From an uncultured Gemmatimonadales bacterium (GTDB taxonomy: Bacteria > Gemmatimonadota > Gemmatimonadetes > Gemmatimonadales > GWC2-71-9), in the NCBI GenBank assembly GCA_963697065.1, contig CAVOMQ010000001.1, forward strand, positions 386,518-450,517: a DNA stretch of 64,000 nt, in the 5' to 3' direction. The notes beneath the pieces were generated by a model, which was not told where the DNA came from, did no database searches, and saw only the letters and a program-made list of their open reading frames with translations. The translations under genes and the position numbers were made by a program. Of the stretch, positions 18,388-27,681 are shown one piece after another; within the stretch, counting starts at the first letter, position 1, and each line of letters begins with the position of its first letter.

Positions 18388-19464
18388 ATGCCGCTGGTAT
18401 TCCCGTTCGATCCGGACATCCGCCGCGCCGCCACCATTCCCTCGCGGCTCTATGTCGATCCGGTGTATCTCGAACTCGAACGCGAGCAGGTGTTCGGCCG
18501 CACCTGGCAACTGGTGGGGCGGACCGACCAGCTGCGCCAGACGGGCGACTTTCTCACCGCACACATCGGGCGCGAGGCCATCGTAGTCGTGCGTGACGGC
18601 GAGGCCCTGCGCAGCTTTCACAACGTCTGCCTGCACCGCGCCGGGCCCGTCGCCGAGGGCGGCGGACGGCGCCAGACGCTGCAGTGCCGGTATCACGGCT
18701 GGACGTACCGGCTGGACGGATCACTGCTCAAGGCCCCCGAAATGGAAGGGGCCGAGTTCTTCGATCCCGCCGACATGCATCTCCTCGCCGTCCAGGTGGC
18801 CACGTGGGGCCCGCTGGTGTTCGCCAATCTCGATCTCCGCGCGCCGGCACTGGAACACTTCCTCGAAGACATCCCGCAGCGCACCGCCCCGTTCGATCCC
18901 GAGGCGATGCGCTTCGTGACCCGCAAGAGCTGGACGATCGCGTGCAACTGGAAGGTCTACGTCGACAATTACCTCGAGGGATACCATCTGCCGGTGGTGC
19001 ATCCCGGCCTGTACAAGGAACTCGACTACGACGCATACCGCGTCGAACCCCATCGGTACTACTCGCTGCAGCATGCGCCGCTGCGCGAAGGTGGCGGCCC
19101 GGAGCGGAAGTACCGGGCGCGCCGTGACGGGGACAACGCCCAGTACTATTGGCTGTTTCCCAACACCATGGTGAACATCTACCTGGGCCAGATGCAGACC
19201 AATCAGGTGCTGCCGCTCGGCGCCGACCGGTGCGAAGTGATCTTCGAGTGGTTTGCGGCAGAGCCGCCGGCCGACCCGGCCGCGGAAGCGGCGTGGACCC
19301 GCCTGGTGGAGTTCAGCGATCAGATCCAGGACGAGGACATCGCCATCTGCGAGCGGGTCCAGATCAACCTGCAGTCGCGCTGGTACGACCGCGGGAGATA
19401 CTCTCCGGCCCGCGAGACGGGTGTGCACCATTTCCACGGCCTGCTGCACGAGTTCCTCACCTGA
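18388..19464 (+). CDS. Rieske [2Fe-2S] non-heme-iron oxygenase, alpha-subunit type
   Basis: Rieske ligands CLHRAGP...CRYHGWTY. C-terminal catalytic domain with NYLEGYHLPVVH. Confidence 0.85.
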   Translation: MPLVFPFDPDIRRAATIPSRLYVDPVYLELEREQVFGRTWQLVGRTDQLRQTGDFLTAHIGREAIVVVRDGEALRSFHNVCLHRAGPVAEGGGRRQTLQCRYHGWTYRLDGSLLKAPEMEGAEFFDPADMHLLAVQVATWGPLVFANLDLRAPALEHFLEDIPQRTAPFDPEAMRFVTRKSWTIACNWKVYVDNYLEGYHLPVVHPGLYKELDYDAYRVEPHRYYSLQHAPLREGGGPERKYRARRDGDNAQYYWLFPNTMVNIYLGQMQTNQVLPLGADRCEVIFEWFAAEPPADPAAEAAWTRLVEFSDQIQDEDIAICERVQINLQSRWYDRGRYSPARETGVHHFHGLLHEFLT

Positions 19465-19471
19465 CCGCCGG

Positions 19472-20617
19472 ATGCGCATCACACACGGCGTGCGCCGGGG
19501 GTGCAGGGGACTGATCTTCGCGGCGGCGACCGCATGCAACGGCGCGCCGGTGGGACTCGAACCCGCAAACGAGCCGCCGCCAGCGCCGATCGACGGCGGC
19601 GGCTACTCCGGTGCCGCGGTACCGGTCGACGCCGAGGTGATGCTGGACGTGCCCACGTACGACGGCTCGGGCCAGGCGGTGCATCCCGACGTGGTGGGGT
19701 TCGCCACCCCCTGGCACGGGTGGGAGTACTGGATGGCGTTCACGCCCTACCCATACGGCGAGGCGGGATTCGAGAACCCGTCGCTCGTGGTGAGCCACGA
19801 CGGCGCCCACTGGGAAGTCCCCCCTGGCGTGACCAATCCGCTCGTGCCCGAAGCGACTCGTGGCGCCTACAACTCCGATCCCGACCTGAGCTACGATGCC
19901 GGCCATGACCGGCTGGTGCTGCTCTATCGCCAGGTGTCTGGCGGGTTCAACGTGGTCTACTCACGGACGTCGAACGACGGTACCCACTGGGACGCGCCGC
20001 GCGAGGTCTTTCGCCGGCGCAATCACGGGATCATTTCTCCGACCATGACATCCGCCGCGCCGGGAACGGCGGCGATCTGGTATGTCGACGCCGGGCCGTA
20101 CGTCTGTCCGCAGCGAACCACCCGCGTGCTGGTCCAACGCACATTGTCCCCCGACGCCGTCGCGCCCAGGATCGCCGGGCGAGGATGGACCACGCCCGAG
20201 CCGACGGGCCTGGTGCAACCGGGGTATTCCATCTGGCACGTCGATGTCATCTGGGTCGCCGCACTGCACGAGTACTGGGCCGTCTATCCCGCGTTCCGGG
20301 AACATACCTGCGAGACGAACGACCTCTTCTTCGCCCGAAGCACCGACGGCATGCACTGGACGACGTATCCGATCCCGTTTCTCGCCCGCCACCCCGGACA
20401 ATGGAGTTCGGGTTCCCTGTACCGTTCGTCGCTGGTCTATGACGCGGAGCGGGACGTGATCCGGATCTATCTCTCGGGCCAGGGAGCGGCGTTCGATTGG
20501 CATCTCGGCTACGTGGCGTACCGGCGCGCCGAATTGCTGGCGTGGTTGCAGCGCGGCACGCCGGATCCGCGCGTAGCCACGGCCGGAGTGCTCTCACAGC
20601 GCGACGTCTTCCCCTGA
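19472..20617 (+). CDS. Lipoprotein with three BNR/Asp-box repeats (sialidase-like beta-propeller)
   Basis: ATG at 19472. Lipobox IFAAATAC. Asp-boxes SHDGAHW, SNDGTHW, STDGMHW. Confidence 0.6.
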   Translation: MRITHGVRRGCRGLIFAAATACNGAPVGLEPANEPPPAPIDGGGYSGAAVPVDAEVMLDVPTYDGSGQAVHPDVVGFATPWHGWEYWMAFTPYPYGEAGFENPSLVVSHDGAHWEVPPGVTNPLVPEATRGAYNSDPDLSYDAGHDRLVLLYRQVSGGFNVVYSRTSNDGTHWDAPREVFRRRNHGIISPTMTSAAPGTAAIWYVDAGPYVCPQRTTRVLVQRTLSPDAVAPRIAGRGWTTPEPTGLVQPGYSIWHVDVIWVAALHEYWAVYPAFREHTCETNDLFFARSTDGMHWTTYPIPFLARHPGQWSSGSLYRSSLVYDAERDVIRIYLSGQGAAFDWHLGYVAYRRAELLAWLQRGTPDPRVATAGVLSQRDVFP

Positions 20618-20626
20618 CCTCCGGAG

Positions 20627-21862
20627 TCAGACGCCCCGCTGCAGGAGTTCCCTCACCACTTCGATCTGTCTGGAGGTCGGCAGTCCGGCCGTCTGCGCCC
20701 GCAATTCGTGCGCGCGTTTGAGCGTCCCGGGATCGAGGAGCAATTCCTCCCGCCGGGTACCGCTGGCGGCGACGTCGATGGCGGGAAAGACCCGGCGGTC
20801 AGCCAGTTCGCGGCTCAGGACGATTTCGGCGTTGCCGGTTCCCTTGAATTCCTCGAAGATGACTTCGTCGGCTTTCGAACCGGTATCCTTGAGCGCCGTG
20901 GCGATGATCGTGAGCGATCCGCCGGCGACCCGCGGATCGACGGCGCGGGCACTGCCGAAGAACCGCTTGGGCCGTTCCAGGGCCTCGGCGCCGATCCCAC
21001 CGGACAGCGTGCGTCCCGATCCGCGATCGATGTTGTTGTAGGCTCGCGCCAGACGCGTGAGCGAGTCGAGGATGATCACCACGTCCTCGCCCAGCTCGAC
21101 GCGACGGCGGGCGCGCTCCAACGTCATTTCCGCCACCGCGACGTGCCGTTCGGCGCCATGATCGAAGCTCGACGCGATCACCTCGCCGGCGTTGGCCATT
21201 TCCATCTCGGTCACTTCTTCGGGGCGCTCGTCGGCCAGCAGGATGTAGACCGTGGCGTCCGGCTGGTTGGCGATGATCCCGCGGGCGATGGCGGTGAGCA
21301 ACGTGGTCTTGCCGGCCTTGGCGGGCGCCACCAGCAGCGCCCGTTGTCCCTTGCCGAGGGGAATGAGGAGGTCGACTAGCGCCGGGGTGACGTCGCCGTT
21401 GCGGCCCGGTCCGCTTTCGGGACTGAGGCGAAGCATCTGCGTGGGGTGGATGGCCGGAAGCCGCTGGAAGTCGGGCCGTCCGTCGCACACCGCCGGATCG
21501 CGTCCGAAGATCGTCTGGACCGATTCCAGCACCGGTCCGCGTCCGCCGCGAGGCGGGGCCGCTTCGCCGGTGACTTCGTCGCCGGCGCGGAGTTTGGCAC
21601 GCTGGATCACCGACTGCGGCACGAAGACGTCGCCGTCACCGGCCAGATAGCTCGCGGCCCGCGAGCGCAGAAACCCGCCGCCGCGATCATTGAGCTCGAG
21701 CACGCCTTCGACGGCAACACGAGGACCGGATCCGTTGCCACCCTGCGGGATCTGTAGCGCCGCCGTCGTTCCCGACTGCTGCGCCGGATTGCCGTGGCCG
21801 CGACGGCGCCCCCGGCCGCGTCTTCCCCGGCGCCGCGGCGGGCGTCCCCCGGGCTGATTCAT
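20627..21862 (-). CDS. rho: Transcription termination factor Rho with an Arg/Gly-rich N-terminal tail
   Basis: CSD-like RNA-binding region ([14 protein letters not shown]), Walker [12 protein letters not shown], and conserved C-terminus [19 protein letters not shown]. Confidence 0.9.
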   Translation of the reverse strand: MNQPGGRPPRRRGRRGRGRRRGHGNPAQQSGTTAALQIPQGGNGSGPRVAVEGVLELNDRGGGFLRSRAASYLAGDGDVFVPQSVIQRAKLRAGDEVTGEAAPPRGGRGPVLESVQTIFGRDPAVCDGRPDFQRLPAIHPTQMLRLSPESGPGRNGDVTPALVDLLIPLGKGQRALLVAPAKAGKTTLLTAIARGIIANQPDATVYILLADERPEEVTEMEMANAGEVIASSFDHGAERHVAVAEMTLERARRRVELGEDVVIILDSLTRLARAYNNIDRGSGRTLSGGIGAEALERPKRFFGSARAVDPRVAGGSLTIIATALKDTGSKADEVIFEEFKGTGNAEIVLSRELADRRVFPAIDVAASGTRREELLLDPGTLKRAHELRAQTAGLPTSRQIEVVRELLQRGV

Positions 21863-22428
21863 GCGTCACCCCGTCGAACGAGCGCGGCGCGCACCAGCGC
21901 GGCACCGTTGGGGAACCCGTTGCCTTCCGCGATGGCGAGCGGCGTGTAGCCGGCGCAGACGACCCTGGGGTCGGCGCCGCCATCGAGCAGCAGCGATGCC
22001 GCGGCGAGACTCTTGGCGGCGAGCGCCGCGTGCAACGGCGTGTTGGCCATGGCATTCCTGGAAACGGGAGACGGATTGGCGCCGCGGGACAGCAGCAGTG
22101 CCACCGCCCCGGGTGCCGCGAAGAAAGCCGCGAGGTGCAGCGGCGTCCAGCCATCAATGGAATACGTATCGACCGCCGCTGGATCTTCGGCAAGTCGCGC
22201 GGCCAACCGGCCGACATCGTCGACCGCCGCGGCTTCGTACACATCGCGCTGCCACGCTTGCGACCGCAGCCAGTTCGTCACGGCCTGGCTGCGGTGATAC
22301 AGCGCCGTGAGAAGTGGCGTCTCGCCGGTGTCGGCGTGCCGGGTCAGCAATGTGGGGTCGGCGGCGACGAGCGCACGAACGCGCTCCAAGTCGTCCCGCC
22401 GGCAAGCATCGAGCAAGTCGTCGAACAT
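21859..22428 (-). CDS. Ankyrin-repeat protein
   Basis: ANK repeats (GETPLLTALYHRS, GWTPLHLAAFFAAPGAVALLLSRGANP, NTPLHAALAAKSLAAASLLLDGGADP). Its stop overlaps the rho ATG (ATGA). Confidence 0.8.
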   Translation of the reverse strand: MFDDLLDACRRDDLERVRALVAADPTLLTRHADTGETPLLTALYHRSQAVTNWLRSQAWQRDVYEAAAVDDVGRLAARLAEDPAAVDTYSIDGWTPLHLAAFFAAPGAVALLLSRGANPSPVSRNAMANTPLHAALAAKSLAAASLLLDGGADPRVVCAGYTPLAIAEGNGFPNGAALVRAALVRRGDA

Positions 22429-22601
22429 CCGGGCCGGTCAAGGGAGGCCGCGGCAACCCCGGGTGGTCTGGGGCGCGGCTCGGTCAAATCAGGCGACATG
22501 TCCTCCATTTCGCCAGTCCCGCGCGCCGGGCGCTCCGCCACGGGGCACCATGACGGGGACGACGAAACCCGCTGCCGGGCACACCGCGCGCGGGCTGGCG
22601 C

Positions 22602-23999
22602 TCATTCGGGAGTGAGCAACGCCGTGCCCAACGGAGCGAATCGCGCCGTGAAATGCCGCAGCGCCGGCGGCTGTTCGACGATCCGCACACCCCCGATCCG
22701 CTGCCTGTTGGCGAACGCGTACAGCAACACCTCGCCGAGGTAGTCGACGTGCGACTGGGTATAGACGCGGCGGGGAAACGCCAGCCGCACCAGCTCCATC
22801 GGCGCCGGACGCTCGCTGCCGTCCGGCTGCCGGCCGAACATCACCGACCCGACTTCGACCGAACGCACGCCGCCGATGAGATAGAACGCGCACGACAGTG
22901 CCCATGCGGGGTACTGCGCCGCCGGGATGTGCGGCAGCATTCCGCGGGCGTCGATATACAGCGCGTGCCCGCCGGACGGCGTCACCATGGGCACGCCGGC
23001 GGCGGCGAGCCGATCGGCGAGGTACGCCACGGACCGCACCCGGTATCGGAGATAGTCCTCGTCGAGCGCTTCGTGGAGGCCGACGGCGATTGCCTCGAGG
23101 TCGTACCCCGCCAACCCGCCGTAGGTCACGAACCCTTCGGTCAGGATCAGGTTGTCGCTGCACCGCCGCGCCAGATCGTCGTCGTGCATCGCCAGAAAAC
23201 CGCCGATGTTGGCCATCCCGTCCTTCTTGGCGCTCATCGTCGCGCCGTCGACCTCGGCGAACATCGCCTGGGCGATCTCCAGCGGACGCTCGTGCTCGTG
23301 GCCCGCTTCGCGCTGCTTGATGAACCAGGAGTTTTCGGCAAACCGGCACGCGTCGAGAAAGAGCGGCACCCCGAAGCGCTGGCAGATGGCGCGGGCACCG
23401 CGGATGTTCTCGAGGCTGACCGGCTGTCCGCCGCCGGAGTTGTTGGTCACCGTCATCATCACCAGCGGCACCCGGCCGCGTCGCTCCGCGAGCACCCGCT
23501 CCAGCGCCTCGAGATCCATGTTGCCCTTGAAGGGATGCACCAGCGAAGGGTGGTGCGCTTCGGGAATCGGGATGTCGAGCGCTTCCGCACCCCGCGCCTC
23601 GATGTTGGCGCGGGTGGTGTCGAAATGCGTGTTGTTCGGCACGGTATCGCCGGCGTTGACCATCGTGCCGAACAGGATGCGTTCGGCGGCGCGTCCCTGG
23701 TGCGTGGGGATGACGTGACGGAAACGGGTGATCTGCCTGACCGCCGCCTCGAAACGATAGAACGACTCGGCACCGGCGTACGACTCGTCGCCGAGCATCA
23801 TCGCCGACCATTGGCGCGACGACATGGCGCCGGTGCCCGAATCGGTGAGCAGGTCCACGAGCACGTCGCGCGCAGCGAGCTGAAAGAGGTTGTAGTGCGC
23901 CGCGCCGAGCGCGGCAAGCCGCTCGGCGGGCGTGGTCTGGCGGATCGGTTCGACGCTCTTGATCCGGAACGGTTCGATGATGGTACGCGGCTGGAACAT
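22602..23999 (-). CDS. tnaA: Tryptophanase-type beta-eliminating lyase (PLP)
   Basis: EPFRIKSVEP, DLLTDSGTGAM, IPTHQGR, and PLP-lysine motif MSAKKDGMANIGGF (SAKKD as in tryptophanase rather than SGKKD of tyrosine phenol-lyase). C-terminal LRHFTARF. Confidence 0.85.
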   Translation of the reverse strand: MFQPRTIIEPFRIKSVEPIRQTTPAERLAALGAAHYNLFQLAARDVLVDLLTDSGTGAMSSRQWSAMMLGDESYAGAESFYRFEAAVRQITRFRHVIPTHQGRAAERILFGTMVNAGDTVPNNTHFDTTRANIEARGAEALDIPIPEAHHPSLVHPFKGNMDLEALERVLAERRGRVPLVMMTVTNNSGGGQPVSLENIRGARAICQRFGVPLFLDACRFAENSWFIKQREAGHEHERPLEIAQAMFAEVDGATMSAKKDGMANIGGFLAMHDDDLARRCSDNLILTEGFVTYGGLAGYDLEAIAVGLHEALDEDYLRYRVRSVAYLADRLAAAGVPMVTPSGGHALYIDARGMLPHIPAAQYPAWALSCAFYLIGGVRSVEVGSVMFGRQPDGSERPAPMELVRLAFPRRVYTQSHVDYLGEVLLYAFANRQRIGGVRIVEQPPALRHFTARFAPLGTALLTPE

Positions 24000-25325
24000 T
24001 CAGGTAACCGGCGCGAGAGCGCGCCACACGAGGAAGACCGGGACCCCGGCCAGCAGCAGCAACGCGCCCCGCAGGGCGTTGCCGGGGTTGGAGGCGATCG
24101 ATCCGATCACGACATACGCGGCGGCAAGGATGAAGGCTGATGTCGTCCACGGATGGAAGGGAATGCGGAACGGAATCGGCGCGGCACCGTCACGACGGCG
24201 CAGCACGAAGACACTCGCCGCCGCCAACGCAAAGAAGATCCAGTCGCCGAACACGACGTAGTCGAGCAGTTGGCCATAGGTCTTCGTGGCGAGCAGCAGG
24301 ATGGCGAGCAGGGCCTGCAGCACCAGCCCGTTGACCGGCGTGCGCCACCGGGGATCGAGCCGGGCGATCGCCGCGAAGAACAGCCCGTCGCGCGCCATCG
24401 CCTGGTAGACGCGCGGCGTCACCAGAATGACCAGATTGAGCCAGCCGAACGTCGAAACGACGATCCCCGCGGCCATCGCGCGCCGCCCGGCGTCGCCCGC
24501 CAGGACGGCCATCGTGTCCGCCGCCGGCGCGGTACTCGCGGCCAATCCACCAACGCCCAGTGCCTTGAGGTAGGCGAGGTTGACGGTAAGGTAGGCCACG
24601 ACGACCAGCAGTACGCCCAGCACCAGCGCGCGCGGTAGGTCCCGTTCGGGATGCACCAGTTCTTCGGCCACGAAATTCGTCTGCTGCCAGCCGCCGTAAG
24701 CGAACAACACCGGCACCAGCGCCGCGCCGAGGGCCAGCACCACGCCGCCCTTGAGCGCCGGCGGAGCCGCGGCGGCGACCGGATGCCACCGGGTGGCGAA
24801 CACGGCGATCACCAGCGCGGCGATGGCGAGCAGCTTGAGCACCGTCAGCGCGTTCTGCGTCCACGCCCCGGGACGGACGCCGACGATGTTGATGATCGTC
24901 GGCACCACGATCGCGCCCCCGGCGAGCCACGGCAGCACCGTCGGCGGCCAGCCCATGAGCGCCGCGGCGTACCCCGCGAACGTCATTGCCACCGCGGCGA
25001 TCGCGCCGGTCGCGATCACCAGCAGCAGCGCCCAGGCGTAGAGGAATCCCACCAGCGGACCGAACGCCTCGCGCAGGTAGGCATAGCCGCCGCCGGCCTT
25101 CGGCCGCCGGTGTGCCAGCTCCGCGAAGATGAACGCGCCGATCAGCGCGATGACGGCACCGAGTCCCCAGGCGAGCAGTGTGAGTGGAACGGTGGGGACC
25201 CGCGCGGCGACCACCGCCGGATTGAGGAAGATCCCGGCGCCGACGATACCGCCCACGACCATCATCGTGGCGGAGAACACGCCGAGACGGCGGGCGTAGG
25301 TCACCGGCTGCGGCGCGTCGTTCAC
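24000..25325 (-). CDS. APC-superfamily amino acid permease
   Basis: 12-TM pattern with ATMMVVGGIVGAGIF near the N-terminus. Its stop directly abuts the tnaA start. The start is ambiguous: GTG at 25325, TTG at 25349 or ATG at 25379. Confidence 0.8.
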   Translation of the reverse strand: MNDAPQPVTYARRLGVFSATMMVVGGIVGAGIFLNPAVVAARVPTVPLTLLAWGLGAVIALIGAFIFAELAHRRPKAGGGYAYLREAFGPLVGFLYAWALLLVIATGAIAAVAMTFAGYAAALMGWPPTVLPWLAGGAIVVPTIINIVGVRPGAWTQNALTVLKLLAIAALVIAVFATRWHPVAAAAPPALKGGVVLALGAALVPVLFAYGGWQQTNFVAEELVHPERDLPRALVLGVLLVVVAYLTVNLAYLKALGVGGLAASTAPAADTMAVLAGDAGRRAMAAGIVVSTFGWLNLVILVTPRVYQAMARDGLFFAAIARLDPRWRTPVNGLVLQALLAILLLATKTYGQLLDYVVFGDWIFFALAAASVFVLRRRDGAAPIPFRIPFHPWTTSAFILAAAYVVIGSIASNPGNALRGALLLLAGVPVFLVWRALAPVT

Positions 25326-25493
25326 CGCACCAGCCTGGTGCAATCGGTCATGGCATCTCCGGTTCCGGTGCGAGAGCATGCGGCGGGCCCGCTGGAGGAT
25401 CGCGTTTCCGCCCCGGTCGCGCAACCACTACCTTTCCGCCGTCCGACGCCGGACGGGTCGGGTTCACCAGCTCAACAGGAGGCGATCGCGTCG

Positions 25494-26459
25494 ATGATGC
25501 GGTCCGCACTGCTGTGGCTCTCACAGCGACAATCGATGGCGGCGTTCATCCGGCGGAACCCTCTCGCCAAACGGTTCGCCTCGCGGTTCGTGGCCGGCCA
25601 GGCGGTCGACGAGGCGATCGCGGCGGCCCGGGAACTCCAGCAACGCGGCATCACGGTGTCGCTCGACCTGCTCGGCGAGAGCGTGCATCAGCCCGATGCG
25701 GCGGAACGCGCCGGAGCCGCCTACGTCGCCATGCTGCAGGCGATGCGCGCGGCTTCATTGGAAGGCAACGTTTCGCTCAAACTGACGCAGATGGGGTTGG
25801 ACATCGACGAAGCGCTCTGCGAACGGAACGTCCGGGCCATTCTCGACGTGGCGCGCGCCAACGACGCGTTCGTGCGTCTCGACATGGAAGGGTCGGCCTA
25901 CACCCAGCGGACGCTCGACTTCTTCGAGCAGCGCCTCTTCCCGGCGTACGGCAGTCATGTCGGCGTGGTGATCCAGGCGGCCCTGAAGCGATCCACCGAT
26001 GACGTCGCCCGCCTCGTCAGGTCCGGCGCGCGGGTGCGACTCTGCAAGGGCGCCTATCTCGAACCACCCGACATCGCCTATGCCGACAAGCGCGACGTCG
26101 ACGCCCACTACATCCGCCTGATGGAACACCTCCTCGCCGGCGGCTACCACCCCGCGATCGCCACCCATGACGAGCACATCCAGGCGCTGGCGCGCGAGTT
26201 CGTCGCCGCGCACGGCATCCCGCCGGACCGGTTCGAATTCCAGATGCTCTATGGCATCAGGCGCGACCTCCAGGAAGACCTCGTTCGCAAGGGGTTCCGG
26301 GTGCGGGTCTACATCCCGTTCGGCACCGAGTGGTATCCCTACCTGATGCGACGCTTGGCCGAGCGCCCCGCCAACATCGCCTTCATTTTCGGCAGCGTCC
26401 TGAAAGAGAGCCTTCGCGTCCGGCGCCGCCTCCCCTCCGATCCGAGGCAACCGATGTGA
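25494..26459 (+). CDS. Proline dehydrogenase (monofunctional PutA-type PRODH)
   Basis: ATG at 25494 with CAGGAGG 10 nt upstream. VSLDLLGE, VRLDMEGS, RLCKGAY, ATHD and FEFQMLYGIR motifs. Confidence 0.85.
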   Translation: MMRSALLWLSQRQSMAAFIRRNPLAKRFASRFVAGQAVDEAIAAARELQQRGITVSLDLLGESVHQPDAAERAGAAYVAMLQAMRAASLEGNVSLKLTQMGLDIDEALCERNVRAILDVARANDAFVRLDMEGSAYTQRTLDFFEQRLFPAYGSHVGVVIQAALKRSTDDVARLVRSGARVRLCKGAYLEPPDIAYADKRDVDAHYIRLMEHLLAGGYHPAIATHDEHIQALAREFVAAHGIPPDRFEFQMLYGIRRDLQEDLVRKGFRVRVYIPFGTEWYPYLMRRLAERPANIAFIFGSVLKESLRVRRRLPSDPRQPM

Positions 26460-26773
26460 CCGAAGTGACGCTCGGCGGCTACTTCAGCGCCCACGAGCGG
26501 GCGCCGGCCTTCGGGGGAAGCGACGGCGCCGCCTATTCGGTGGCGATGTGGATCGACGACGAACCTGACGCGCGCGGCCGGTACGGGGGTGCGTTGCTCT
26601 TCATCCGCTGGACCCCGTCCGGCGACACCGTCGCGGGACATCTCGAAAGCGATTACCTCGCGTGGGGACGTACCCCCGACGAAGCGCGCGACCGCCTCGG
26701 CGCCCTCTCACTGTACGACGTCAAAGCCCAACTCGACCAACTGATCGCGCGCGGCAGGCCGGAGGATTTCTGA
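26456..26773 (+). CDS. Small hypothetical protein
   Basis: GTG at 26456 overlaps the PRODH ATG-TGA end. 105 codons with coding-like GC3. No family recognised. Confidence 0.45.
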   Translation: MTEVTLGGYFSAHERAPAFGGSDGAAYSVAMWIDDEPDARGRYGGALLFIRWTPSGDTVAGHLESDYLAWGRTPDEARDRLGALSLYDVKAQLDQLIARGRPEDF

Positions 26774-26781
26774 CGCCCTCC

Positions 26782-27675
26782 GTGGGCGTGGTGCTGGCGC
26801 GCGAAGGCGGCGGTCTCCGGGTGCTGCTCGACGGCCGGGAACGCGCCGCCGTGCTGCGCGGCAAGGCCAAACGCTCGTCGGACCGCGCCGTGGCCGGCGA
26901 CCGGGTACGCATCGATCCGACCACCATCGGCGATGCCGTGCTCGGCATCGACGGCGTCGAACCACGACACTCGGTACTTGCCCGCCGAATCCCCGGTGGG
27001 CGCGGCACGCGCGCGGTGGTCGCCAACGTCGATCAGGTCGTGGTCGTGACCGCCACGGTTTCCCCCGCACCGCTGCTGCAGTTGATCGATCGCCTGCTCG
27101 TGGTGGCCGAGGCCAACGACATCCCTCCGGCCGTGGTGATCAACAAGATCGATCTCCAGCCGGCGGATGCCGTCGTCTCGCATCTCCGCGCCGCCGGGTA
27201 CACCCTGGTCACGACGTCGGTCCGGGGCGGCATCGGAATCGACACGCTGCGCGAGCTGCTCGCGGGCAAGGAGTCGGTGCTTACCGGCGCGAGCGGCGTC
27301 GGCAAATCGTCGCTGCTCAACGCCCTCGAACCGGGATTGGGGCTTCGGATCGGTGAGATTTCGGCCAAGGTGATGCGCGGCACCCAGACCACCGTAGCCG
27401 CGGTACTGGTGCCGATTCCTGCCGGCGGATTCGTCGCCGACACCCCGGGAATCAGCGACGTCGGTGTCTGGGAGATCGATCCCCGGCAGTTGCCGCAGTG
27501 CTTTCCGGAATTCACGGCGGCGGAGACGTGTCGCTTCGCGGACTGTTCCCACCGCAGCGAACCCGGCTGCGCAGTCCGGGGCGCGGTCGAAACGGGAACC
27601 ATCCCCGCCAGCCGCTATGAGAGCTATGTCGCGATCCGGGCCGAACTCGAGGCGCTGCCCCGCGACTGGGAGTGA
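26782..27675 (+). CDS. rsgA: Ribosome small-subunit-dependent GTPase A
   Basis: Circularly permuted GTPase order: NKIDL (G4) before GASGVGKSSLLN (G1). C-terminal zinc knuckle CRFADCSHRSEPGC. The start was chosen among three close GTGs. Confidence 0.85.
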   Translation: MGVVLAREGGGLRVLLDGRERAAVLRGKAKRSSDRAVAGDRVRIDPTTIGDAVLGIDGVEPRHSVLARRIPGGRGTRAVVANVDQVVVVTATVSPAPLLQLIDRLLVVAEANDIPPAVVINKIDLQPADAVVSHLRAAGYTLVTTSVRGGIGIDTLRELLAGKESVLTGASGVGKSSLLNALEPGLGLRIGEISAKVMRGTQTTVAAVLVPIPAGGFVADTPGISDVGVWEIDPRQLPQCFPEFTAAETCRFADCSHRSEPGCAVRGAVETGTIPASRYESYVAIRAELEALPRDWE

Positions 27676-27681
27676 CTCCCG

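Noticed and set aside
22489-24150. 553-aa minus-strand ORF and 495-aa plus-strand ORF (22653..24140) overlapping tnaA
   Set aside because: These are off-frame and antisense shadows of the tryptophanase gene. Only the 22602..23999 frame carries the PLP-lyase motifs.
25322-25351. 9-codon uORF MTDCTRLVR with a good SD site, its stop overlapping the permease GTG, as a TnaC-like leader peptide
   Set aside because: It has no Trp codon and no similarity to TnaC. It would be internal to the permease if the upstream ATG at 25379 is the real start. It is mentioned in the tnaA finding but not called as a feature.
24651-25493. N-terminal 281 codons of ORF 24651..26459
   Set aside because: This part is antisense to the APC permease. 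The proline dehydrogenase homology, with an SD site, starts only at the ATG at 25494.
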